From Macrostomum lignano (lineage: Eukaryota): DNA of 28,799 bases. Of the stretch, positions 10,134 to 21,027 are shown piece by piece (position 1 is the stretch's first letter; each line of letters begins with the position of its first letter). The position numbers and the translations under genes are program-made. The stretch spans positions 1 through 28,799 of the forward strand of contig NIVC01002557.1 in assembly GCA_002269645.1 (NCBI GenBank), in the 5' to 3' direction. The notes beneath the pieces were generated by a model, which was not told the origin of the DNA, did not search any database, and worked only from the letters and a program-made list of their open reading frames with translations.

Positions 10134-10489
10134 GCAATCCCCCGTAAGCCTCGACATCTCAGCGACTCCCTCGTGAGCACTGAAATCTCAGTAATTCCCC
10201 AGTAAGCCTTGACATCTCAGCAATTCCCCTAGTAAGCACCCCCAAATAGCAAGCACCCCAGACAGCAAGCATCCCCCTGATAGCAAGCATCCCCCTGATA
10301 GCAAGCATCCCCCTGATAGCAAGCATCCCCTTGATAGCAAGCATCCCCCAGATAGCAAGCATCCCCCTCGATAGCAAGCATCCCCCCTCTATAGCAAGCA
10401 TCCCCCAGATAAGCAGGCATCCACCAGATAGCAAGCATCCACCAGATAGCAAGCATCCCCCAGATAGCAAGCATCCCCCAGATAGCAAG
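10134..10489. repeat. Compound minisatellite: about 3.5 degenerate ~30-bp units, then about 13.5 x 18-bp units (gatagcaagcatccccca)
   Basis: Directly visible tandem units. The 18-bp array spans about 10246-10489. Confidence 0.95.
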
Positions 10490-10692
10490 TAGCTAGTGCA
10501 ACAATTTCCTCAGCTAGTGCTAATTCCTTTCTCAGCTAGCGCTTCAGAGACTGATTGAGCTGGCTTGTTGACGATGGAGAATCCATGGCGCAGGCCAACA
10601 CGGAGAAACTCCGCATTCAAATCGCAGGCTCCCAGGCTGATGACGAGAGTGACAAGGTCGAGGCCAGCGGCTGGATTGGCGACTGAGATGTC

Positions 10693-10782
10693 GGCTGAGA
10701 CTGAGACTGTCCGAGTGAGGCTGAGACTGAGACTGTCCGAGTGAGGCTGAGACTGAGACTGTCCGAGTGATACTGAGACTGT
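10693..10782. repeat. 26-bp tandem repeat x3 (ggctgagactgagactgtccgagtga)
   Basis: Units at 10693, 10719 and 10745, plus a degenerate partial unit. Confidence 0.95.
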
Positions 10783-12299
10783 TCTCTGCTATGAGAATGA
10801 GTGAAGCTGACGTGTTCAAAACAGCCAGAGTTTGCCATGATGCTGTCAGTGTTGCATCCTGCTTTCAGGCGCTATTGAACCAAGGAGTGCTGACACTGCC
10901 CTCAATTAGAAGGTTGATTTCGATCTCTAGTCCTCTTTCTGTGGACCCTGGTGTCTGACGAGCGGTACATTCACCTGCAAAGTAAGGAACTGCCGATCGC
11001 AGAGTGCAGCGTGAATCTAATACTCGATGAGATTCATCCTAACATAACATGCGTATTGAATCTTCCACTGGAAGAGTGGACTCATTCACCAAGAAAGAAT
11101 TTATTTTAATAGAAGTAAAATAACTGCAATAATGATGCAATTAGTTTAATTTCCAAGTCCATATACTAATTTGAACTCAAAATTAGTCGTTGCTCAGCTT
11201 TAAACAGAAAAAGCACTGCGGGAATGGAATTCAATGGGAATTCCTATACTCCTATAATCCTATACGCGTATTTTCAACTCGGCCCGGTTATGTTAAAGTC
11301 CAAAAAAGTCTTCAATTCCATACGAGTGTACATGTAAGCTAGTACATTTCTACGAGTATGCTTGAACAGTGCTTCGAAAGCCTTGAAGTACTGATAGTGA
11401 GCAGCCCTGGAAAGGGAAGGGAAGGAAGAGGAGCAGAGAGGAGTAGAAAAGTAAGGGGGGATTGTATCGAGCTGTTGAGACGAGCTTGCACTTTGTAAAC
11501 CGTTAACTGGGACCCAAGCAGAAGCTGGAACTGTGCCTTCACTGCCCGCGGATGGCTTCCCGACTCCTCCAATCCCAACCCCTCAGCCCCGACCCCCGCT
11601 TCAACTTGCGATACGCTTGTGGTCACAAGTTGCCAAAAAGTCACGCAACTCTCTCACTATCTTACTAAATAATCTTTCTGACCTGATTATTTGCAAAACA
11701 GGCCGCAGAATACTGTAATTCTTAACCCATGGGTATCTGGGTTTGGGTTGGCGGTTTTCAATGTTGCTGAGTTATCTGAGTATATATTCTATGAATATGA
11801 TTAAGTTAACAGAAAAGAATGAACCGTCTCGAGTGTGCGGAAAGAAGCAAATACTCGTAAATTTTGGTCAAATTTCTAATTTCAATGGATGTTAACAAAA
11901 TGTGGGAGTGCTACTAACTTTGCTCGAAAAATCTGCGCATTTGGAATACTCTGTCACGACTCACGAGTGAAGGCAGTGGTAATAGTAATATAGTATGGAG
12001 GTCAGGCTGGCAAAGGTGAGCCACATATTCAGATTTTAGCTTCGCCAGCAATTATGTAACACAGCGCTGGCCAAGCCCAAAACGATTGCGTAGATCGTAC
12101 CAATGCTATGTATAAGCTTTGTAGCGAGGCCTGTGACTAACAAAAGACAGACATGAATGGCAGGCTTGTGCAATGCATTGCATGATTACAATACAATATG
12201 TTAAACCCACTAACCAGAAAAGCCTGGGGATCAAGCAGATGAAGTTTGAATCCGAGTGTACAGGCTGACAGAGGAAAGCTCTTATGCGACCTTGGCGCC

Positions 12300-12845
12300 A
12301 GCCAATAGCAGCTGGGCGGCCGCACATTTCGTGATCAGTGTACGCACAACCCGCTGTACACTCTGGAATGAACACACTCGCTCATTCCTCTCTTGTTACC
12401 CACCCGCCCTTCATTTAAGACCGCACACGGCCTGCCCCATAGCCTTGCATTCAGTTCTTCCCTTCCTCAGTCTGCCGCGAGCCAGGGAAGTTTGCGGAAC
12501 CGGTTTGGCTCTTTGACCGAGAGGAAGGCGAGGAAAGTTACAAGCTTCTTGACCGCGAAGTGAGCTGAAGGCTCAAGGTAATCGATTCTGTTTTTCGAAT
12601 TTTCAGCTTCAATCTTTTTATTTGTAAGCTTTAAGATTTGTAATGCATTAATACTGGGCCTAAGAATCAGCAACCGTTTTTTGTTATTTCATCAGAATTA
12701 ATAGCAGTTTGAGTGACCAGTCCGACACGAACGGAACAAAAACTGACTGAGCTTTCGATCAGCTAAATGGGGTACTTGTGGAGTGAACTCCACTTGCGCA
12801 CTCCAAAGACTCAAATGCCAATGCTTTTATAAACTGTCACCTCAG
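12300..12845 (+). promoter_or_regulatory. Putative PPP1R3 promoter, non-coding exon 1 (about 12451-12577) and 268-nt 5-prime UTR intron (12578-12845)
   Basis: CCAAT, CAGCTG and GGGCGG cluster at 12303-12320, GC box at about 12403-12409, and initiator-like TCAGTT at 12451. The ATG-free segment ends in donor AAG|GTAATC, followed by an AT-rich intron and acceptor cacctcag|. The same is present at 23193-23738. Confidence 0.55.
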
Positions 12846-12859
12846 CTGAGCGAGCCCGG

Positions 12860-12913
12860 ATGCGCTGGACTCGCCTTCGGACTGCCACCCCGGCCCTGCC
12901 GGCACCCCGGTGA
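12860..12913 (+). CDS. Upstream ORF (17 aa, MRWTRLRTATPALPAPR) in the PPP1R3 leader
   Basis: First ATG after the predicted acceptor. Weak context (C at -3 and +4). Stop lies 14 nt before the main ATG. Translation is not demonstrated. The copy is at 23753-23806. Confidence 0.4.
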   Translation: MRWTRLRTATPALPAPR

Positions 12914-12927
12914 GAACCCAGGTTGGC

Positions 12928-13975
12928 ATGGACGAGGGCATTTCGGAGCCCGCGCTGCCGCAGGCCAGGGACAGCAGCGGCTGCCCGGCTGGAGACTGCG
13001 GCTCCAGCAGCGAGGGCTACGCCACATCGCAGGACAGCCTCGTGGCCTCCTCGGAGACGCTCAGCTTTGCCAGCGAGGACGCGCCGAGCGATGAGGCACA
13101 GAAGCTGGACAGTCTGAGTCTGGCGCTGCAGGAGCTGCGCTACGAGAAGCTTCCCCCACCGCAGCCGCTGGCCATTCAGACTCAACGCCAGAAGCCGGTC
13201 GGTGCTAGCAAGCAGCTGCAGCAGCAGCGTCGCTCCTCTTCCATGAAGTCCCAGAAGACGCCGCCGGGCACGCCGAACCAGATGAAGAAGGTCGTCCGCT
13301 TTGCCGATGCGTTCGGGCTCGACCTGGCTTACGTGAAGCACGTTTTCGATACCGAGAACCCGCCGGTGATCCCACCGCAGGCTACTCGGGACCTTGATTT
13401 GCCCGAAGCTACAGCTGCCGCGATCTCCCGTCTCCGGTGAGCCGCGAATTCTGTGTTCCCAATTATTTCATTTCTATAACTCGCTTTCTAATAAACTGCA
13501 TTGAAGCAGGCCGGAGCCTCTTGAGCGACGCCTGTTCAGTAGCCCATGCTTCGCTCAGCCCGGTGGCTGCGCCAGCTTCATGTCGCGCGTGCTGGCCCAG
13601 CGGGTGGTGCTGGAGCGGGCGAGCGCTACGCAGCCCAGCGGTCGCATTCACGGCCTCGTGCGCGTGGCCAACCTGGGCTTCGAGAAGTCCGTGATGGCTC
13701 ACGCTACCTTCGATGGCTGGCGCAGCTGCATCGACGTGCCCGCCGTCTATGTCGAGGGCTCCAGCACCGGCGCCACGGACCAGTTTTCATTCACACTGCC
13801 GCTGCCGCAGAGTTTCGGCGTGGGCGACCGGGTCTTCCTCTGCGTTCGCTACTGCATCGGCGGAGAGACCTTCTGGGACAACAACTTCGGCGAGAACTAC
13901 GCCTTCGACTGCTTCGCTGTCAACACCGTCAGCGGCGGCGGCACCACCGGGCCCGCCTGCTCGCGTTTTTTGTGA
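12928..13975 (+). CDS. PPP1R3: Protein phosphatase 1 glycogen-targeting regulatory subunit (PPP1R3/CBM21 family), 324 aa, 2 coding exons (copy 1)
   Basis: Exons 12928-13436 and 13510-13975, with a 73-nt GTGAGC...GCAG phase-2 intron that joins two ORF-track ORFs in frame (975 nt). PP1-binding RVxF motif KKVVRFADAFGLDL. CBM21 motifs GLVRVANLGFEKSV...TFDGW and FWDNNFGENY. The paralogue letter cannot be assigned. Confidence 0.95.
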
Positions 13976-15192
13976 GCTGCAGGCAGGGCTCAAGCTCAAG
14001 TGACCAACCCTCCCGAATCCCATCCCTAGTGCCCTAACAGATTCAGAATCTCCTCATGCGAAATATGTCGCTGTGATGTTAAATGCGATGATTTCGTTTC
14101 GAGTCGAATCTTACTTGAATTTCTCCCCCACCCTCCATATTATTTCCCTCTTCTGCTCCATAAAAATGTCTGGCCCTTGTAAAATTAATTTCCCGAGTTG
14201 TCCTTCAGCCCTGGTGAATGACTTTCAGTATCACGAGTTTTAGCTTTACAGGCTGAGGCGCTCGCAGCAGCCACAGAGCATCGCAGCTCTGAGCTACTCG
14301 ATGCATCCTCATTGTTCCGGTCAGCTTCCTATAGTTTCCCGCCCCAGTCTTGCCATTGGTGTGACCTCATTTAACCTCGTCTGTACGAAGCCATCAACGC
14401 GTATAACTCTTCATTAACACTCAGTGTGGCTCTTGCGAATAGTTCAATGTTTACCAATGATGCAGGACGAAACGGACTGCAACTTGTTTACCCCCCAAGT
14501 GTTGGCCAACTGCTCTTTAAATTGAATTTTTCGGCCTTAGGCTGAGTCCTATTAGATTTTCTGTCTACAAAATACAAATAGTTTTTTTTACTGTTGTTCT
14601 TTCATGATTTTTGCTCTTGCCTCAAGCAGCAGAGCGTCGCTCATCGCTCCTCATGTTGGGCTCGATATTGGCCCGCACCGCTTAGCTCCCGATTCGCTCA
14701 AATTATCTAGCCCCTCATCTTTTCTCATTCTGCCTAAAACAGTGTATTCTGAGCATAGCAACTAGGGTTAGGGTCTCTATTTTTAATAGTCGCTTGCTCG
14801 AGGCTGCCACGGCTTCAATGACATCGAGTTCGGAAGCTTTATTTAGTTCTGAAACTCGTTTCGAAATTGACTCCATAATTTTCCCTGTAGACAAATCAGT
14901 ATGGTTCAGCTCTCAAGAAGCAACTTGGTACGCATTTTAGGGAGCTCAGCTTATTCATTTTTGTACTAGAAATGTAGAAATTAGGCATTAGTAGGTGCGC
15001 ACCTAGGTTGGCTCATTGGACTGTGCCCAGCGCTCCCTTCATTGCGTGAAAATACACAGAATAGCCTAGCTGTGTTGCTTGCCGAGTATTTTGCTAAGCC
15101 TCCGCGAGCAAAAATCGAAAACGCTTCCAAGCGAACAAGTTGTTGCCTTGCTAAATTGCTTTGTTCTTCAACACTGTCCCTGACTTTATCAC

Positions 15193-15990
15193 TTTCACTG
15201 ACTTTCTGCCTCCTCCACCGACTCTTGCCTTCTTCACCGACTCTTGCCTTCTTCACCGACTCTTGCCTTCTTCACCGACTCTTTGCCTCCTTCACCGACT
15301 CTTGCCTTCTTCACCGACTCTTTGCCTCCTTCACCGACTCTTGCCTTCTTCACCGACTCTTTGCCTCCTTCACCGACTCTTGGCCTCCCTCACCGACTCT
15401 TGCCTTCTTCACCGACTCTTTGCCTCCTTCACCGACTTTTTACCTTCTTCACCGACTCTTGCCTTCTTCACCGACTCTTGCCTTCTTCACCGACTCTTGG
15501 CCACCTTCACCGACTCTTGGCCTCCTTCACCGACTCTTGCCTTCTTCACTGACTTTCTGCCTCCTCCACCGACTCTTGCCTTCTTCACCGACTCTTTGCC
15601 TCCTTCACCGACTTTTTACCTTCTTCACCGACTCTTGCCTTCTTCACCGACTCTTGCCTTCTTCACCGACTTTTTACCTTCTTCACCGACTCTTGCCTTC
15701 TTCACTGACTTTCTGCCTCCTCCACCGACTCTTGCCTTCTTCACCGACTCTTGCCTTCTTCACCGACTTTTTACCTTCTTCACCGACTCTTGCCTTCTTC
15801 ACCGACTCTTGCCTTCTTCACCGACTCTTGCCTTCTTCACCGACTCTTTGCCTCCTTCACCGACTCTTGCCTTCTTCACCGACTTTTTACCTTCTTCACC
15901 GACTCTTGCCTTCTTCAGCGACTCTTGCCTTCTTCACCGACTCTTGCCTTCTTCACCGACTCTTTGCCTCCTTCACCGACTCTTGGCCAC
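15193..15990. repeat. 19/20-bp pyrimidine-rich minisatellite, about 40 units (ccttcttcaccgactcttg and variants)
   Basis: Directly visible. It decays into diverged units to about 16080 and generates the spurious 277-347 aa ORFs. Confidence 0.98.
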
Positions 15991-16910
15991 TTAGCCAACT
16001 TCAACGACTCTTAGTCAACTTTACCACCAACTCTTGGCCTCTGTCACCAACTTTTAACCACCCCAATAGCCTCATCAACTCATGAGGAGGTTGACTTGTT
16101 CTCACTTTTCATATAACTCCTTGGCGCTGCAGTGATCTCTAGTCACTTCTTTGACAACTCACTGATAGGAGCGTATGTTAAATATTATATTTTAATCCTT
16201 AGGTTTATGTCACCTTAACACCCTTAGAATCTTCGAAAATTTCCCTCAGAAACGCTAATGACTGTTTTCCCATTCAGGATCCGCTGAAAGCAGAATCGTT
16301 AATTCGAATAATGTTAGATTCGTTCCAAAGAAAAAATCCATCAATTCTGGTCTTGAAGTCGCAGATAAAACCAAAGAGAGCTGCAAAACTGCAGCGGCTG
16401 CTTGCTGCTTGCGATCTCTTATAGACGGCTTAAAGAGCTCTTAAAATGCTAAATGTATGTACAGTCGAGCCGTCTCAGCTACTGCAAACTGATCACTCGC
16501 ATAAGAGGCACTTCGCTTACATTCCTAAGCCATGTGTAAACTTAGAAATGAGAAAAAGCTACAGAAATAAAAATGCTGCAATAAGAGATACAAACAAAGG
16601 GAAATAACTCAAAGCGGGCTCGTCAGCACCTCACTCAAGATGCACCAAAATACGCATGAAAGCTAGTGAACAAACTGAGGAGAATAGGCTTGCAGGCTCA
16701 ACTGCACAGTCATTCCTCAACAGCTAATAACACGCTAATAGCAGAATGGTAAACTAAAGAAAGTTTCCGTGCATATTTACATGCATATACATTTATACAC
16801 TTACTTTCCCTGTACTTAATCTATGAGCGGCGTGAAGCTTTGGCATTTGTGGTGTAAATTATTTCGCCTCGAAGATGCATTCCTCAGCCTGCAGGAAATG
16901 CACAACCGTA

Positions 16911-17774
16911 TCACGGGGTCCTGAGGCACCGCGTCAACAACTCCGCGAGACAGTTTCGAAGTCTATTGAGAACGCCATTCACACCTTCACCGGCCTTGAC
17001 GCTGAATTCCTCCCTCCCGAGTCCTTGAGCCTCCACGTTTGCCGTCTGGTTGCGGGAGGACGCAGCTACAGTTACTGCCTTCTGAATCTTGGAATCCGAG
17101 ACGCTTATCCCGCCTTCCTGATTCACAATCACAAAGCTGTTCTCATTGTCCGCTTCATCACTGACAGGAGTCTTCACTGTCTCGTAGACATCAGCCGCAG
17201 GTGGCAGTGCCACGGCCAAGACGGTTTGCCCCGACATCCGGTCTGAATCACTGCAGCTCATCTCGGCGGTAGTGCCACCCGCTGCGGGAGTTGCATAGCT
17301 GGTTGGCTTGCTCACACCACTGCAGCCGCTGCTGCAGATGGTGATGCAGATGGAATGCTGGCTGGTTCCTTCGCGACTGTTGGACGCCACCCGAGCTGAC
17401 TGGCTGGCTGCCAAAGAAGAAAGCTCGGCCTCTACCGATGCGGTCCTGTAGCCACTGCTGCCGTGACTGCGCCCTGCGGTTGAGGCCGTCCTAGAGGTGC
17501 TGCAGAGCGGCAGGTAGGTCCAGGATGACTGGTGCAGCCGTCTGGGCCTCTGCTGCGGCTGCCGCTTACGGAGCAGTAGGCGGGATTTCTGAATGTCGTA
17601 GCGGACGATGCCGACCGATTTCCAAGTTGATGTTGAAGCTGAGGTCTTTGCCTTGTGGCGCGTCGGTGACCGGCTTTTAATCGGCATGTCCGCCCTCTGC
17701 TTCACTGCTGCTGGCATTAGCGGAGATGCTGTGCGCACTGAGCTGCACCGCTGCTCTGATCGAACGAAGCTTCT
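16911..17774 (-). pseudogene. 5-prime-truncated copy of orphan Ser/Thr/Ala-rich ORF (gene X, copy 1)
   Basis: Open from the duplication junction to TGA at 16913-16911. It lacks the ATG and first codons present in copy 2 (MSS). It is a GC-rich block with sharp AT-rich flanks and could still be translated from the internal ATG (MPAAVKQ). No recognisable domain. Confidence 0.55.
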
Positions 17775-18956
17775 CTTACCTCTACCTCTCTCACCTTAGC
17801 AACCAGACCGCAATGCGTGGTTCTGCTCCGGACTCCGCCCCTCCTCATGCAGCGACCAATTCAGACCGCCCGCTCCCTCCGCACTCTCTCTCTCTGAGTT
17901 CTTTCCTCTGCCCCTCAACTACACAATCTCTGAGTACAACAAATTGCCTCATTCAATAGACTGCTTCACCTCATTATCAGCCTAGCTGTCGCCCTCCCAT
18001 TCTCGCTCAATGACAGAGGCCGCTACACATTCAAAGAATAGTGGCGTGATGATCACGAAGCTGAACGGTCAGACTTTGCAAGACCATGATGCTTCTAGCT
18101 GTCTCGGTTCATTCTCAGGCTAGGAAGGAATCTAGTTAGCAAAGCCAGAGCTCTGGTATTCACCTACATTGAAGCCAATAGAAAATGAGCATTTTCAACC
18201 CCTGCCAGAAAATTTGCAATCATGCCGGCCAGATCTATAGCACAGAACTGCGTGGGCTTTTGCGTAGGACCTAGACGGAAGCTTATGGACTGTGGCCCAA
18301 GATCTACATAAAAAATTCATGCACTGTAGGCCGATTTGCGTGGGCTAACGTCACTCACAAGAAAATTACAAACCTATGTATGCTACTCATCGCAACTATT
18401 TTGCTAGTAGTACAAGAAAAATGAAAAAGGTGCCGAAGATCTCTGTCCCCAATGACTCAATGAGGCACGAGAATTCGCCGTAAATCCCATCATACGAGCT
18501 ATGTCTACCTTCCGCTTGACGCTCCGAAGCTCCGAAGCTCAAGTGCATATAGACTTTGATTTGGACAGAAAAATTACTGTGGCTTAAAGAATTTTTAAAT
18601 AAACAGGTTGCTGAATTTAAACCAAAAAAACGCCGATACTGACACAAGTCCTTGTTGTTTCTACACTTTGTTTCGTATTTATCTTTCTTATTCCATCAGG
18701 TTTATTTAATCGCTGCAAAAGCAATCCCGCGGTTAAAAAATAATAATTGCTTACAAAAAGCTCTCGCTGTTTTGTTGCATTAGCTGAGAAAACTGCTTCG
18801 TGGTTCAGAGATGTGTTTTCAAATAAAAGCTAACTATGACTGATCTGAGAAATAAAGCAGTTCAAATAAAGCAGTTCAATGTGTTCGCAGTGGGCTGAGT
18901 CAGTCAGAGACTATCATTGCCAACAGTCGAAGCGAAGCAGTCGTTGCTTGATCAAC

Positions 18957-20080
18957 TCAGACGCCCAGAGCATTGGTCGGAGAGACCAGACGGCAAACCA
19001 GGGCCACCACAGCCACTGCAGCAAAGGCGATTGACAGCGCGAATGGCCTGGCTGTCTGATCTGCCGTGGAGGACGCCGATTCTTTCTCTTTACTTGATGG
19101 GGTGAACGAGTCCAGAGACGGCGGGGGTGGCGCAGGCGACGGCGGCAATTCAATCTTTACCGGCGGCAGAGGCGGGCTGTTGGAGTTGTCTTTAAGGTTG
19201 CACAGATCGGTGTCACATGTTTTGCAGTTCTGCCAGTTCAGTTTGTCACAGTGCAGTTGGCACCCGACCAGGAAGTGCTAAAGTAGAGTGCGCGGAGTTC
19301 TGTAGTAGAATACTGGATGAATATCGTGAAAAAAGCTTGAAAAACTTGAAAGGAGAAAATAAACGAGGGGAAAGGAATCTCTGAATTATTGCTACTGCCA
19401 AGTACAATTTTCAAAAAAGTACTCTTCGATAAACCCCAACTCATTTCTATGATCCCTTTTCTATGAACCATCTCAGTCTCACCTCTGCATCGGTCGGGTT
19501 GGGGCTGGAGATGCATGGCATATCTTTCGGGCACAAGACAGGCACAGGAAGCGGGCCGATTGTAGTATTGAGGGAGTTGTAGCATAGCAGATACTTCGTA
19601 ACGTTTGACTTGAGCTCGTTGCCATACTCGACGTTGCAGTGGTCCTTAAAGCACTCGCGGCACTCAACGCTGTTTTTATCGAATTTTCCGCACTTGCCAC
19701 AGCCGAAGTACATCTCCTACGAGTATAAGCATAAATTATGGTGATTCAGCTGTAGTCTCTTGAATTTTAACTCTGAAATAAATTCATGCAGCGCGACTCA
19801 CGAAAAATCCTGGATTTGTTTCCCAATTTATCCTGCGCTTCTCAACGCAAGCGTTTCCAACTGCCTGGCATGTGTGGGCCTCTGCAGGAAAGTCAACACC
19901 GATAGTCGAGTGGTTGCCTGTGTAGCACGTGAGGGCTTCAGCAGTCTGAGTCGCGGCTGTGGGTTGGCAAATATATTTATATAAATTTCGCTTCAAATAT
20001 TGCAATAGAAATCGAGTTCGTATCTGCATCATTTACTCACCAAGCAGAACTCCAAGCAGCAGATACAGAAGCGTCAACAT
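18957..20080 (-). CDS. Two-domain Ly6/three-finger-like membrane-anchored protein (copy 2)
   Basis: Exons 20080-20041, 19956-19802, 19716-19483 and 19277-18957. No difference from copy 1 was seen. Confidence 0.88.
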
Positions 20081-20350
20081 CTTCAAAGGCGAGTGAAAAA
20101 CGAGACCCAGTGATCAAAGCCACACTAAAGCAGAGAATGAGATGATTGAGTTCTCTAAGCTTCAGTAATTGAAAGTTCTTATGCTTTGCTCTTTCCACTT
20201 ACTGTTAGGAGGCGAGAGACTGAATTTTCGCGTGGGAAATCGGTAGGATTGGCCATAGACATGCTGCTCAGGCTTTTGTTTTTCTGTTTTGCGCGAGAGA
20301 TGCCTCTACGATCGATAGAAAGGAAAATATTTTCTAGGGCACTGAGAATG

Positions 20351-20613
20351 ATATATTCCTGCACGGTCACGAGTGCGGGAATGACATCTGCACGAGTGCG
20401 CGCTAGCGCACGAGTGCACGATGTCCTTCACGCACGAGTGAACGTGAAGGAATTCCATTGTCGGATGATTCATCGTGCAGGAATGCACAAAACCGTGCAG
20501 GAATGCATTTCTGCGCCTAATGCTTTTTCAGTGAGATTTTACCATAGACATCCATTCCTGCACGCAAAAGAGTGCAAGAATCCCATTCTTGCATGGAAAA
20601 TCAGCCGACAATG
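20351..20613. other. 263-bp repeat-rich, self-complementary segment present only in copy 2
   Basis: Copy 1 reads gagAATGctatc (9714-9725). Copy 2 reads gagAATG-[259 bp]-AATGctatc. The offset between copies jumps from 10631 to 10894. Confidence 0.95.
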
Positions 20614-21027
20614 CTATCATGGGCGAGACTATCTATTACTGAGAGAGACACGCATTTGCAGAGGCACCCACGGACCGTTGGCGCTACTGGCATAAGCCAT
20701 GCATGGTGCCTTTGCAATACTTTTCTGTGTGTTGGAACCGGGCATCTGCATGGTCTAGAAGTGGCTGCAATAGACAGTGGGATGCAATTCAAACCGGTCA
20801 TTTTTTATTTCTTCACATTTTAAAAATGGCTCTACAAAATACAGATTATAAAAGTACAAGGCAACTACTGGCGGATCCAGGGGTTCAAGAGGGTCGGCTG
20901 AGTCAAGAGAGGCAACGACATTCACAGGGCGCGTTTCAGAGCCTGGGCGCGGATGTAGGCGGCACTGCCTGCAGTGTCCGGGGCGCCGGCATCAGCCACG
21001 AAATGCCGAGTGCACCTGTCTTTTTTA

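Larger units (their letters stand above)
7142..17774 (+). repeat. Tandem segmental duplication, copy 1 (about 10.63 kb)
   Basis: Sequence from 7142 (tctcttacctctacc) recurs at 17772, and the end of the unit (gatcgaacgaagcttct, 17774) recurs at 28665. Offsets of matching ORFs are 10630, 10631, 10894, 10893 and 10891. Confidence 0.99.

Noticed and set aside
10159-10488. (LSGGCL)n, (MLAIRG)n and (GDACYQ)n ORFs
   Set aside because: Products of the 18-bp array. The frames differ between the two duplicate copies.
10540-10958. Protein-like short frames (MAQANTEKLRIQIAGSQADDESDKVE; SEADVFKTARVCHDAV)
   Set aside because: Interrupted by stops and a 26-bp repeat, with no convincing splice path or recognisable domain.
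12783-14037. Alternative-frame and antisense ORFs over PPP1R3
   Set aside because: Shadow ORFs. The spliced RVxF plus CBM21 frame explains the region.
14992-15005. Perfect 14-bp palindrome taggtgcgcaccta (and a tcttcca-c-tggaaga hairpin at about 11060-11074)
   Set aside because: Isolated, with no supporting context. A few such sites can occur by chance.
15042-16085. Long ORFs of 347, 277, 102 and 87 aa (also 25935-26978)
   Set aside because: They are translations of a 19/20-bp minisatellite that lacks stops on the plus strand. They are open in several frames and the unit length is not a multiple of three.
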